From IMG/VR virus record IMGVR_UViG_3300046167_000825, positions 62,001 to 126,000 of that record: 64,000 bases of DNA. The stretch is one strand, 5' to 3'. Below the pieces are notes generated by a model that was not told the origin of the DNA, did not search any database, and worked only from the letters and a program-made list of their open reading frames with translations. Made by a program: the position numbers and the translations under genes. The stretch's first letter is position 1. The number at the start of each line of letters is the position of its first letter. Below are positions 36,910-45,554 of the stretch, in pieces.

Positions 36910-37112
36910 TGAAAATCACAGAGGGAAATAGACGGATAAGAGATGCAAGAATATCTTATAAAGGGAGAGGGGGTGTGATTCTACGAGCGAGAGTCGGGAG
37001 AAAGCCCACACCCATAATGGCAGAGATACAGTTCCAGTTTGGGGATAGAGAAACGCACGATATCTCTGAGGCTTATTGGGACACAGAGAAAAAACTTTGG
37101 GTGGTGGGATGA
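36909..37112 (+). CDS. Hypothetical protein
   Basis: TAATG coupling. Confidence 0.5.
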   Translation: MKITEGNRRIRDARISYKGRGGVILRARVGRKPTPIMAEIQFQFGDRETHDISEAYWDTEKKLWVVG

Positions 37113-37537
37113 TTATTACAATAGGAAGAAAGCCTTTTAAGGGTGCAGTCATAGACAATGTCATGAAGAATCACTGTGGGGGGATCAACATAGACCCTTG
37201 TCGGATTACCTTTCAGACAGACGGGGTGCGAAAAGAAACCAAGCGAACCCCAAGAGATGACACAGCCGTATGGACTGACAAGAACAGTGGTATGAAGAAA
37301 GAGAACTCTTTGTATGCCGATGCCGACCCACGAGGTCGCTTCCCCGCCAATGTTCTGTTCTCAGAGAGTGTTACCCACCACTTACCCAAAGCGACACAAG
37401 GTCACTGGGCTAATGCGAAGGTCACGGGCTATGGTGATCGTATCGGTTCGGGGACAGTTGAATATCCTGATGTTGGTGAAAAAGATCAAAGTGGTGGCTC
37501 GGTAGCAAAATACTTCTTCATTTTGCGAGGTGTTTGA
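37109..37537 (+). CDS. Stand-alone methyltransferase middle module (M2)
   Basis: MIITIGRKPF...NV...GGINIDPCRI...GRFPANV...SVAKYF aligns with the middle of the 28286 ORF. No DPPY or FxGxG motif. Confidence 0.75.
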   Translation: MIITIGRKPFKGAVIDNVMKNHCGGINIDPCRITFQTDGVRKETKRTPRDDTAVWTDKNSGMKKENSLYADADPRGRFPANVLFSESVTHHLPKATQGHWANAKVTGYGDRIGSGTVEYPDVGEKDQSGGSVAKYFFILRGV

Positions 37538-37713
37538 TGCTTATTATAGGTTTCTTTCTACTGGGGTGTCACCACAGAACGGTTGGAGTGATAGACATTA
37601 TTGATAATGGTGTCTGTGCTGTCCAGATTGATGAGGCTACCACAATACTAGTCAATGGGTCGAAATGTAAAGGACTTAAAGAGGGCGACAGCCTTTTAAT
37701 GGAGATGAAATGA
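37537..37713 (+). CDS. Small putative lipoprotein (58 aa, not in the ORF track)
   Basis: MLIIGFFLLGC lipobox-like, TGATG coupling. Confidence 0.45.
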   Translation: MLIIGFFLLGCHHRTVGVIDIIDNGVCAVQIDEATTILVNGSKCKGLKEGDSLLMEMK

Positions 37714-37754
37714 TTATTACGATTGGGAGAAAACCTTATTTCAAAAAAGTCTAG
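37710..37754 (+). pseudogene. 14-codon remnant of a methyltransferase middle module (MIITIGRKPYFKKV)
   Basis: First 9 aa are identical to the starts of 37109 and 40575, and YFKKV matches the end of 40575. Confidence 0.6.
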
Positions 37755-37759
37755 TATTG

Positions 37760-37788
37760 GGATCGCTGCTCTGATTGATTTCCGTATA
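37760..37788 (+). promoter_or_regulatory. Bipartite promoter motif GGATCG-N15-TCCGTATA
   Basis: Exact consensus, 32 nt before ATG 37821. Confidence 0.75.
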
Positions 37789-37820
37789 GAAAAGGAACAA
37801 TTAAAAGACGAGGTGGTCGC

Positions 37821-38153
37821 ATGAGTAGAACGGGAACTTGGGTACTAGCCCAACAATGGGAAAATGAGAATTGGTCACCACACGAAGGTGATTACATGGA
37901 TTATTCCCCACACGATTTTGCGATCTCTCAACCAGAATGGCATGCAGTGTTCGGTGAATGTGTGGGGTTGCTCTTTCAAGCCCTCACGGAGCAAGGTGGT
38001 GGGGAAACACCCGCACGGATTCTGTATAGTAAGGCAGAGAATATGGCTGTCGATATCATTGCTATACAGAGAGAGAAGAGCATAGCCGAAGCCTATAAAG
38101 AACTTGGATATGAAATGGCTAACACCGAGTCATCAGATGAACTACCCTTTTAA
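37821..38153 (+). CDS. Hypothetical protein with SSB-like C-terminal tail (SSDELPF)
   Basis: GAGG RBS, acidic tail ending in PF. Confidence 0.6.
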   Translation: MSRTGTWVLAQQWENENWSPHEGDYMDYSPHDFAISQPEWHAVFGECVGLLFQALTEQGGGETPARILYSKAENMAVDIIAIQREKSIAEAYKELGYEMANTESSDELPF

Positions 38154-38163
38154 GGAGGATACG

Positions 38164-38610
38164 ATGAAAGTTAAAATCAAAAAACTACACGAAGATGCAG
38201 TCATACCGAAATACGCACATGAGAGTGATGCTGGAATGGATTTACACTGTGTTCGGAGAGGTTGGGATGACTATGGGAATGTTGTTTATTTCACTGGGCT
38301 TGCCTTTGAGATACCGAGTGGGTATGTGGGGTTGCTATTCCCCCGTAGTTCGGTCTGTAAGAAGGAACTCTCGCTCACGAACTCAGTGGGTGTCATAGAT
38401 TCTGGTTATCGGGGTGAAGTCATGATGAAGTTCAGCAACACCGAGAACCCAAAAGAACCGTATCTCTACACAGAAGGGAAAATCTATGAGGTAGGGGAAC
38501 GAATCGGTCAGTTGATTATCATGCCCTACCCCAAGATTGAGTTCGTCTTATCAGACGAGTTGGGGGATTCTGAGAGAGGATCTGGTGGTTATGGTTCAAC
38601 GGGACAATGA
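38164..38610 (+). CDS. dut: Trimeric dUTPase
   Basis: AGMDL, PRSS, GVIDSGYRGE, RIGQLI, RGSGGYGSTG. AAGGAGG RBS. Confidence 0.95.
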   Translation: MKVKIKKLHEDAVIPKYAHESDAGMDLHCVRRGWDDYGNVVYFTGLAFEIPSGYVGLLFPRSSVCKKELSLTNSVGVIDSGYRGEVMMKFSNTENPKEPYLYTEGKIYEVGERIGQLIIMPYPKIEFVLSDELGDSERGSGGYGSTGQ

Positions 38611-38629
38611 TAAACAAAAAGGAGGTCTT

Positions 38630-39163
38630 ATGGATTATGTGAAGCAAACCCTAGTTTCTTCAATACAGAGTATTATCGGAACGTCTGAGGGCAACATGCA
38701 CTACATTGCGACTCATGTGCGTGATGGTAAGCGAGTACCACTTCGCTTGCTTGACATCCAAGGGGCAAGGGGTCGGAGAGCCTTTGAGTTGGAAACGCTA
38801 CGGAGATACACGACTCTTTGTGTTCAAAGGGGTGAAACCCACAGTTATTTCCTCATGGAGGTCTTTATGTTGATGGCTGTGGAGAGGGGTTTGAAGGAAG
38901 TGGGCGTGGTTTTACATCAGAGGCTAACTCCCACTCAAATTGTTGCTTCGGCAGAACAAGTTTTCCCTCTGAAAGATTGGCTTGCTGCATCGAAGATGTC
39001 AGATGAGATGCTGTTATCTGACGAGAAGCATGCCCCGAAAGTGATGGAAACTGTCATTGAGGTGGAAGACGAGGAAGACGAGGAAGATGTACTAGAAGAG
39101 GACAAGGGGAAAGAGGGGGATAGCGATGATGACGATGACGATGACTGGGGAGGTTGGTTATGA
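38630..39163 (+). CDS. Hypothetical protein with a long D/E tail
   Basis: AAGGAGG RBS, ends EDEEDEED...DDDDDDDWGGWL. Confidence 0.65.
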   Translation: MDYVKQTLVSSIQSIIGTSEGNMHYIATHVRDGKRVPLRLLDIQGARGRRAFELETLRRYTTLCVQRGETHSYFLMEVFMLMAVERGLKEVGVVLHQRLTPTQIVASAEQVFPLKDWLAASKMSDEMLLSDEKHAPKVMETVIEVEDEEDEEDVLEEDKGKEGDSDDDDDDDWGGWL

Positions 39164-39369
39164 AAGTGACTGTAAAGATTGTGGGGGATAAAGGGTATAT
39201 CGAGAAGGGTGTGATAGGTGTTGGTTTTGGGGCTTGGGGGAGGGCTGGGAGTATAAAAGTACAACTTGGTCTGCCCGATTTCCCGAAGTCTTTACCACAA
39301 GAAGAATGGCGAAGCATCACGGCAGATAGGATTGTTGATGTTGAAACCAACACCCCACGAAAGACATGA
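39160..39369 (+). CDS. Hypothetical protein
   Basis: GGAGG RBS. Confidence 0.5.
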   Translation: MKVTVKIVGDKGYIEKGVIGVGFGAWGRAGSIKVQLGLPDFPKSLPQEEWRSITADRIVDVETNTPRKT

Positions 39370-39575
39370 GTGGGTATGATGTACGAGTGAAGGTGAAAGA
39401 CGGTGTTCCCTATGTCATTAAAAAGACAATAGGGGAAACTTATGCTTCTTGGGCACATAGCGAGAAGTCCTTAATACCGAGAACACTGGGGCTAAATGAA
39501 AGACCCGTTGCAGTGTCACAAACACAATGGAATAAGATCAAGGCAGACCGAAAGGTCACAATACGACTGACATAA
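39366..39575 (+). CDS. Hypothetical protein
   Basis: ATGA coupling. Confidence 0.5.
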   Translation: MSGYDVRVKVKDGVPYVIKKTIGETYASWAHSEKSLIPRTLGLNERPVAVSQTQWNKIKADRKVTIRLT

Positions 39576-39590
39576 AAAGGGAGCGAGGAA

Positions 39591-39800
39591 ATGACAGAAG
39601 AAATTACAGTGGAAAGCACAGTCCAGAAGTTTTTGGTGTTGAAGATGTTTTCCGAAACTATGTATGTGGGAAACATCAATCAGTTCGTGGGCATCATAAA
39701 TGGTGATGATCACGACAATATCCGAGAGTTTTACCCCAATAAAGACATCCAGTTTTTCAAGGATGTCCTTGATAAATTAAATGAAAGTTACGAAGTATAA
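39591..39800 (+). CDS. Hypothetical protein
   Basis: GAGG RBS. Confidence 0.55.
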   Translation: MTEEITVESTVQKFLVLKMFSETMYVGNINQFVGIINGDDHDNIREFYPNKDIQFFKDVLDKLNESYEV

Positions 39801-39808
39801 AGGAGCAA

Positions 39809-40117
39809 ATGATGAACCTAGAATTATCAGACAGAGAGCAAATGTTGTTGGAAAGTGTCTTACGGATGGTATTGAGTGACCTATTAGATGGCGACCCAAT
39901 GGTAGTTGAGGATTACACAGCCGTTCTCACAAATCTGAACAATGGGGTTTTTGGGGAGAAGCAATATAAGTTTGATGACCCCAATGATTGGATGACGACC
40001 CTCCTTGATTTACGCACTCTCTTAGATCGCCTCAATCCAGAGTGGGTTGAGATATGTAAAGAACGAGGTGTTGAATCATACATCGAAGAAGATTCTGATT
40101 ACGAGCCTCTTGATTAA
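39809..40117 (+). CDS. Hypothetical acidic protein
   Basis: AAGGAG RBS. Confidence 0.6.
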   Translation: MMNLELSDREQMLLESVLRMVLSDLLDGDPMVVEDYTAVLTNLNNGVFGEKQYKFDDPNDWMTTLLDLRTLLDRLNPEWVEICKERGVESYIEEDSDYEPLD

Positions 40118-40129
40118 GGTTGTGCTGAT

Positions 40130-40321
40130 ATGTTGAAAAAGTTTTTAGAGAGAATCGGTTTTGTTATAGGTCACCCTAGAACCTTGTCCCACAAAGAGAA
40201 TAACCTCTTGAGGGAAGAGGGCTTGATGTCATCATGTGAGGTCGCTTGGGAATCTTTCGACTGCAAACATTGGTTTATACGGAACAACAAAACCAGTGAA
40301 ATGCGAGTGGTGACCAAATGA
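40130..40321 (+). CDS. Hypothetical protein
   Basis: AAGGT RBS. Confidence 0.5.
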   Translation: MLKKFLERIGFVIGHPRTLSHKENNLLREEGLMSSCEVAWESFDCKHWFIRNNKTSEMRVVTK

Positions 40322-40560
40322 TTATCAATATATTTCTGACATTGATAGCGATGGTGTTTCTGACGACAGTTTTCTTTGAGGCATTGACCCCTTTGTTTGA
40401 GATGTTTTTCCCAAAAACAGTCACTCAATGGGGGCTGAGGAAGAAACGGATAGAACTGAACAAGATAGAGCAAGAGAACTTGCTTCTAGGACAGAAGAAA
40501 GAAGCCATCCAGAAACAGAAAGCCTTAGAAGATTTTCTTCGGGAACATAACCTTTCATAA
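40318..40560 (+). CDS. Single-TM protein with coiled coil
   Basis: Hydrophobic N-terminus, ATGA coupling. Confidence 0.55.
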   Translation: MIINIFLTLIAMVFLTTVFFEALTPLFEMFFPKTVTQWGLRKKRIELNKIEQENLLLGQKKEAIQKQKALEDFLREHNLS

Positions 40561-40574
40561 CATACGGACAGATA

Positions 40575-40886
40575 ATGATTATCACAATAGGTAGGAAGCC
40601 TTTCAAGGGTGCAGTAGTGGACAATGTGAAAGACAACGCTTGTGGTGGGTTAAACATCAATGAAACCCGTATTGGAACAGAGGGAGGTCGAACCAACAAA
40701 GGGGGCTATCAAGATTCTTTTGTGGGAGGCACAGTGGATTACAAAACCTCTGGGGTTGAAACCGATCTCACACCGAAAGGGAGATGGGCTGCGAATGTGA
40801 TAATCAATACTGCTTCTTCTCGGGCTTTAGATGAACAAAGTGGGGGTACTGTTGCAAGCAGATATTTCAAAAAGGTGGGCAAATGA
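40575..40886 (+). CDS. Stand-alone methyltransferase middle module (M3)
   Basis: MIITIGRKPFKGAVVDNV...GGLNINETRI...GRWAANV...VASRYFKKV. Confidence 0.75.
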   Translation: MIITIGRKPFKGAVVDNVKDNACGGLNINETRIGTEGGRTNKGGYQDSFVGGTVDYKTSGVETDLTPKGRWAANVIINTASSRALDEQSGGTVASRYFKKVGK

Positions 40887-41656
40887 AGAATCTTAATGAG
40901 GGTTTGTTGTCTGGACATGCGAGTCGGTCATTCCAGTGTGAAGTGGAAGCCCATTTTCGTGACTTGGAAGAAGTTTTGGTCAATGAGATACAGCAACACG
41001 ATATCATCTTAGGTTGTGTCGCTTGGGTTAGTTCGCCAAAGGTCGTGGAAGCACTTGCTGGTAAAACCACTTGCTTGATTGTCGATAGGAAGTTCCCCCG
41101 ATTGAATAAGAACATGAAAGAGATGTACCAGTTGCTTCAAATGAATGACAAATCACCGATTTATCGGATGTTGAAAAACGGACATGGGTGGGATGAATAC
41201 TTCTGTTATTCCAATGGGGGTAAGACATTGCCGTACACGATGTATGGAGATTGGAACTTTGAGTCGGGCATGTACTATGTCGATGGAGGACACTTCCGAT
41301 ATATGCACCACAAGTTCCTCTTGATGCTCAAAGAAAAGGGTCAGTGTTCTTGTGGGAAAATCCTTTATGAACCGACAGTGTGGACGGGGTCATATAACTT
41401 CACGAAGAACGCCAAGACTGGATTGGAGAACGCTATGATTATCCGAAACAACGGAGTGGGTGCTTCCTATCTAGGGGAGTTCCTTGAAGTTTTCCACAAC
41501 CACGCTCTCCAATTGAATATCCTCGATTGGGAAACTATGGAAAAAACGGGTTGGAAGGAAACAGATAGTGGGTATCCTATGCCATTATGTCGTCTTCATA
41601 ACTATTTCCCATTGGGTTGGTTCGATAGTTGTGGGTACGAATCAGAGGAGATTTAG
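40883..41656 (+). CDS. Phospholipase D-like (HKD) nuclease-domain protein
   Basis: GCVAWVSS, MHHKFLL, VWTGSYNFTKNA...ENAMII. Confidence 0.8.
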   Translation: MKNLNEGLLSGHASRSFQCEVEAHFRDLEEVLVNEIQQHDIILGCVAWVSSPKVVEALAGKTTCLIVDRKFPRLNKNMKEMYQLLQMNDKSPIYRMLKNGHGWDEYFCYSNGGKTLPYTMYGDWNFESGMYYVDGGHFRYMHHKFLLMLKEKGQCSCGKILYEPTVWTGSYNFTKNAKTGLENAMIIRNNGVGASYLGEFLEVFHNHALQLNILDWETMEKTGWKETDSGYPMPLCRLHNYFPLGWFDSCGYESEEI

Positions 41657-41657
41657 T

Positions 41658-41834
41658 ATGCCGATTTATGAATATAAATGTAAAGAGTGTAAGGTCAAAA
41701 AAGAAGAACTACAAGGTTTTGATGACCCAGCCCCAAAGTGTGAGAAGTGTGAGAAAGAAATGGTGCGACTTATCTCTCAGACCTCTTTTCAGTTGAAAGG
41801 GGGTGGTTGGTACAAGGATGGATATCAAAAATGA
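41658..41834 (+). CDS. FmdB-family zinc-ribbon protein
   Basis: MPIYEYKCKEC...CEKC...RLISQTSFQLKGGGWYKDGY. Confidence 0.85.
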   Translation: MPIYEYKCKECKVKKEELQGFDDPAPKCEKCEKEMVRLISQTSFQLKGGGWYKDGYQK

Positions 41835-42445
41835 TCACAGTTGCTCGCAAACCCGTAGAAACCTACCGCACTCTCCTCATTGATCCTCCTTGGAAGATGT
41901 GTTCGGGGGGGAGTACAACCATCAACCCTAAGTTTAAGTATCCTTTACAGAAACAAAAAGATATCGTGGCTACGGTCAAGGGTTGGTTAAAAGAGTATCC
42001 AGTGGCAGAAGAAGCCCATTGTTATATTTGGGGGATAAACTCTTTTTCAACTGGGGGTTCAAGAGGCTTGCTTGATACGATTGACCTCTGTGAACAGATT
42101 GGGTTCAAACCCGTCACTTTCTTGGTTTGGACTAAACCACAAGGGAATCCAACCCCTTATGGGCTAAGGAATACCGAACTGTGCTTGTTTGGGGCGAAAT
42201 GGCGAAATGGTCAGAGTGATAGAGTTATGTACAAGGCAAAGAAAGATTCTGAGAGTGTTGTCGGTCGGGGCTTAACCTCTTCTGTTGATTTCATTCATGC
42301 TTCTCGGAGAGAACATAGCCGAAAGCCTCTTGAGTTCTATGACTTGATTGAGCAACGCTCCAATGGCCCCTATCTTGAATTGTATTCAAGGTCTAAAAGA
42401 TTTAATTGGACATGTGTTGGTAATGAAGTGGGGAAATATGTTTGA
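41831..42445 (+). CDS. MT-A70-family adenine methyltransferase
   Basis: LIDPPW, AHCYIW, FLVWTK, NTELCLFG, HSRKP, YLELYSR. Confidence 0.88.
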   Translation: MITVARKPVETYRTLLIDPPWKMCSGGSTTINPKFKYPLQKQKDIVATVKGWLKEYPVAEEAHCYIWGINSFSTGGSRGLLDTIDLCEQIGFKPVTFLVWTKPQGNPTPYGLRNTELCLFGAKWRNGQSDRVMYKAKKDSESVVGRGLTSSVDFIHASRREHSRKPLEFYDLIEQRSNGPYLELYSRSKRFNWTCVGNEVGKYV

Positions 42446-42935
42446 GGGTTTATTAAAGGGTTCGATGGCAATGTCTGTCGGCTGTACAAAGAGTGGTAAG
42501 ACCAAATATCTTTCTGAGTTACACTCTCGGATGGTGTTGAAGAAGCAAGTGTGTGGTTATTTCCAAGCGAAGAAGGGTGAGAAGGGTTTCTATGTGTCTG
42601 AACCTTCTCAGATATTTGAACGAGGGAAGAATCTCCCAATTTTGTTGATTGATAACATCCACTTGATGTCACCAGAGGTCACAGAAATCCTAACCATTCT
42701 GAAGATATCCAAACAGTTGTATGTCACCAGTGAGGAGATCACCCCTTATGGGTTGGCTTATCCTCATGTGGGGAAACTCCTTTGTCACGCAGACCAAGTG
42801 ACAAAACTTTCTGCCGTTTGTACGAAATGTGGAGCAGATGCTCGGTACACTTATGTGAAGGCAAAGAAAGATAACGAAAAGCAAATCAAAGTAGAGCCAA
42901 GATGCTTCACCCATTGGCAAAAGAGGACATTATGA
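42438..42935 (+). CDS. Thymidine kinase-like protein (type II), degenerate
   Basis: GCTKSGKT, LIDNIHL (consensus DEAQF), ADQVTKLSAVCTKC, EPRC. Confidence 0.65.
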   Translation: MFEGLLKGSMAMSVGCTKSGKTKYLSELHSRMVLKKQVCGYFQAKKGEKGFYVSEPSQIFERGKNLPILLIDNIHLMSPEVTEILTILKISKQLYVTSEEITPYGLAYPHVGKLLCHADQVTKLSAVCTKCGADARYTYVKAKKDNEKQIKVEPRCFTHWQKRTL

Positions 42936-43126
42936 GAAACATACTTTTGTGGGGGGCGATTCCAATGTTGTACCTTCTTATACAGAGTGCTAGGATTGGG
43001 TCAGTCCATTACACCGCGAATATAGATTGTGACAGTCTGAAAGGCGACCGTCAATCCTTTATTGTGTGTTCTAGGAAAAAAAGAGTGGCACAACGAAATA
43101 TGAAGAGGTTCTGGGATGGATATTGA
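42932..43126 (+). CDS. Small exported or membrane protein
   Basis: GAGG RBS, hydrophobic N-terminus. Confidence 0.45.
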   Translation: MRNILLWGAIPMLYLLIQSARIGSVHYTANIDCDSLKGDRQSFIVCSRKKRVAQRNMKRFWDGY

Positions 43127-43985
43127 ATCTAAAATGAAAAATCTCACCCAACAGTTGGTGGCACAAAATCCCGAACTAGGTGCAGTTCTTAAACAAGTTG
43201 AGGGGAAGGGCTTCGAGGAACAAGTCGAGGCGTTAGTTCCAGTGCTCATGGGGATATCCAAGAATCTTGATTTGGCTTCACTGATGGATGCCAATGATAT
43301 CATTTACACCAATGAACAAGGCACGGAAAGGTTGAATCCCAAATACGAAGCCTATCTTGCAGAGAGACTTCAATTCGATGGGGATATTCCCGAACTCCGA
43401 ACTGAGAATCTTCCGAGAGGGAATAAACCAGCCGTTCCCGTGAGTACTCAATCGAAGAATCCCACGATGATTGGGTCGCAGTTGGAACAAGCCTCTGAGA
43501 AAATACTAGATCAGTTTCGGTCGAGCAGTTCAACGGCTTTAACAAAGACGGATGACCCAGAAGATTATCAAAGGGGTCAATTGCCAGTCGCTCAAACAGT
43601 TGAAGGTTTGTCTGCAAAGGAGTACTTCGCTTTGACTCCCGTTGAGAAAAAAGAACACACTTGGAGGTTCATCTCCACCACGCAAGGGAGAGTGTCTGCT
43701 GTCCCCGTCATTGCTGATGTTCTATTAGAGATGTTTGCGAAGAAGAAACATGCGATTTATTACGGGAAGGGGTCAGAGATGGTTCGGGAACACACTTGGA
43801 CATTGAGTCTAGTGGATGGAGCGAACTCCACACAGAGCAACTTCTCTTACATTGATATCGTGGCGAGGTCATTCGTCCGTGACTTTGAGGCTGGTGTGAA
43901 AGGGAAATCCTTCACGATTGACCCAATAAATAGAGTGGCTGATCGGCTATTCGGTTGGAAGATAACCATTTGGGATCGATCATAG
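43116..43985 (+). CDS. Hypothetical protein
   Basis: 289 aa ORF. Confidence 0.65.
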   Translation: MDIESKMKNLTQQLVAQNPELGAVLKQVEGKGFEEQVEALVPVLMGISKNLDLASLMDANDIIYTNEQGTERLNPKYEAYLAERLQFDGDIPELRTENLPRGNKPAVPVSTQSKNPTMIGSQLEQASEKILDQFRSSSSTALTKTDDPEDYQRGQLPVAQTVEGLSAKEYFALTPVEKKEHTWRFISTTQGRVSAVPVIADVLLEMFAKKKHAIYYGKGSEMVREHTWTLSLVDGANSTQSNFSYIDIVARSFVRDFEAGVKGKSFTIDPINRVADRLFGWKITIWDRS

Positions 43986-44001
43986 ATTCTTTATTCGTAT
44001 A
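43973..44001 (+). promoter_or_regulatory. Bipartite promoter motif GGATCG-N15-TTCGTATA
   Basis: Exact -35, 37 nt before ATG 44039. Confidence 0.7.
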
Positions 44002-44038
44002 GAAAGTGTCAGTAACAACAAACACATTGGAGAACTAA

Positions 44039-44350
44039 ATGACACAAATCTACGAAATACTTGAAGCAATAAAAGCAAACACGAATCACATTGTCGTGAT
44101 GACCCCCTCAGAAGATGAGAGTCGCATTATCGTCAATGAATTGCGAACTGCCCAAACTTTTGCTGGACACGGTCGAGTGTTCTTCAAGGACAATACAAGA
44201 ATCTCTATCATCACCGCGGGGGATACCTACGATGAAGGTGTCACGGACTATTCTCTTTTGCACTGGGCTTGGTATAATCAACCAGAAGCAAACAAAATGA
44301 AAAAGGCACAACAATGGGAAGCGAAGGCGAAGGAAATCCTCACGAAGTAA
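44039..44350 (+). CDS. Hypothetical protein
   Basis: GGAG RBS. Confidence 0.55.
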   Translation: MTQIYEILEAIKANTNHIVVMTPSEDESRIIVNELRTAQTFAGHGRVFFKDNTRISIITAGDTYDEGVTDYSLLHWAWYNQPEANKMKKAQQWEAKAKEILTK

Positions 44351-44751
44351 AAAGACTTTACACTGTGATATTGAAGGGAGGCACTTCTTTTGAAGTTGGT
44401 ATTCCTTATTCGGGGGCTGTGGCACATGATGGTGTTCACAGCCTTCATCATATCTACTGCACGAGTGAAACACTGGATATGATTTTATCTCTAGGGGCTA
44501 CCTCCTCTACGGTATATCACGAGAGTGAGAATGAAGAACAGCGAGCCGAGAGGAAGTTGCTCCACCGAGAAGACTTACAGAAGGTGTTCCCAACATCCGA
44601 GTGTGGTTCTTGTTTTTGGTTCGACCTCTCCACCAAGAATCTGTGTGGGGCTATCGACTGGGAGGATGAACGAAAAAAAGCCTCTTTGGAGTTTCACAAA
44701 GAGGCTATCGGTTCTCTACACAAGTGTCCTATTAGGTCAGAGGCACTGTGA
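44314..44751 (+). CDS. Hypothetical protein with Cys cluster
   Basis: CGSCFWF...CG...C. Start uncertain. Confidence 0.5.
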   Translation: MGSEGEGNPHEVKRLYTVILKGGTSFEVGIPYSGAVAHDGVHSLHHIYCTSETLDMILSLGATSSTVYHESENEEQRAERKLLHREDLQKVFPTSECGSCFWFDLSTKNLCGAIDWEDERKKASLEFHKEAIGSLHKCPIRSEAL

Positions 44752-45526
44752 GGATACCATCGTCAATGACAAGTCTGAGGGTTTTATTCTCATCGAGGTA
44801 AAACTCTAGTTCGTCACTGAGGTGAGCATGGACATCATATTCAGAGGCATACCACCAATGAACAGCGTGTCGTGAGGAAACTTTATCCCATGCCTTATGG
44901 TAGGGCGTGAAATCTTTCTTTTCAAGATAAGCAAAGACAAAGAGTAAATCAATCCAATAGAACTGTTCTGCCATTTCGGGTTCAAGTTCCCAAACACCAG
45001 CGTTGTGTTGTTCCATACGATAGAGGGCTGCATCAATCTCAGCCATAGAGGAACGCAAACGAAAGAGGGTTTCCCAATCAATATCAAGGAACATTGCCCC
45101 CCTCGCCATGAGCCGAGCGTACTCCTTACTCTTATTCACGAGATACCAACCGATAGTAGCGTATGCCAATTGGAATTGTTTATACACTGTCGGTTTCTCG
45201 AACCAACGGAACATCTTCTTCCCAAAGGTCGTGACAAGGTCACCCTCTGGAGGTTGACTCTCTTTCCATTCAGCGAACAACTTAAACAACTTGAGTGGGT
45301 CTGTTTGTCTAGTGATTGAAGGGTTTGCGGCATGGAACGCAGACATTGTGTACTGAGAATCCTTTCGGATGGTTTCCGAGAGGATTCTCCGAGACCAAAA
45401 GATGATCTCAGAAAAGGGTAGATGCTCAATGCCTTCAGCCAACCAAATGGGGTCGGGTTTTTGACCCGAAAAAACAGCCATAAAATCGGTAGTGTTCTGT
45501 GGGGGTGGTGGGTAAATATCAAACAT
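44732..45526 (-). CDS. Hypothetical aromatic-rich protein
   Basis: AGGAG RBS and promoter motif upstream. Confidence 0.65.
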   Translation of the reverse strand: MFDIYPPPPQNTTDFMAVFSGQKPDPIWLAEGIEHLPFSEIIFWSRRILSETIRKDSQYTMSAFHAANPSITRQTDPLKLFKLFAEWKESQPPEGDLVTTFGKKMFRWFEKPTVYKQFQLAYATIGWYLVNKSKEYARLMARGAMFLDIDWETLFRLRSSMAEIDAALYRMEQHNAGVWELEPEMAEQFYWIDLLFVFAYLEKKDFTPYHKAWDKVSSRHAVHWWYASEYDVHAHLSDELEFYLDENKTLRLVIDDGILTVPLT

Positions 45527-45554
45527 TTGTGTCTCCTTTTATGATTTCATCTTA

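Noticed and set aside
44732-45522. Plus-strand ORFs 45005..45319 and 45136..45522
   Set aside because: Antisense shadows of 44732..45526, which has an RBS and a promoter motif
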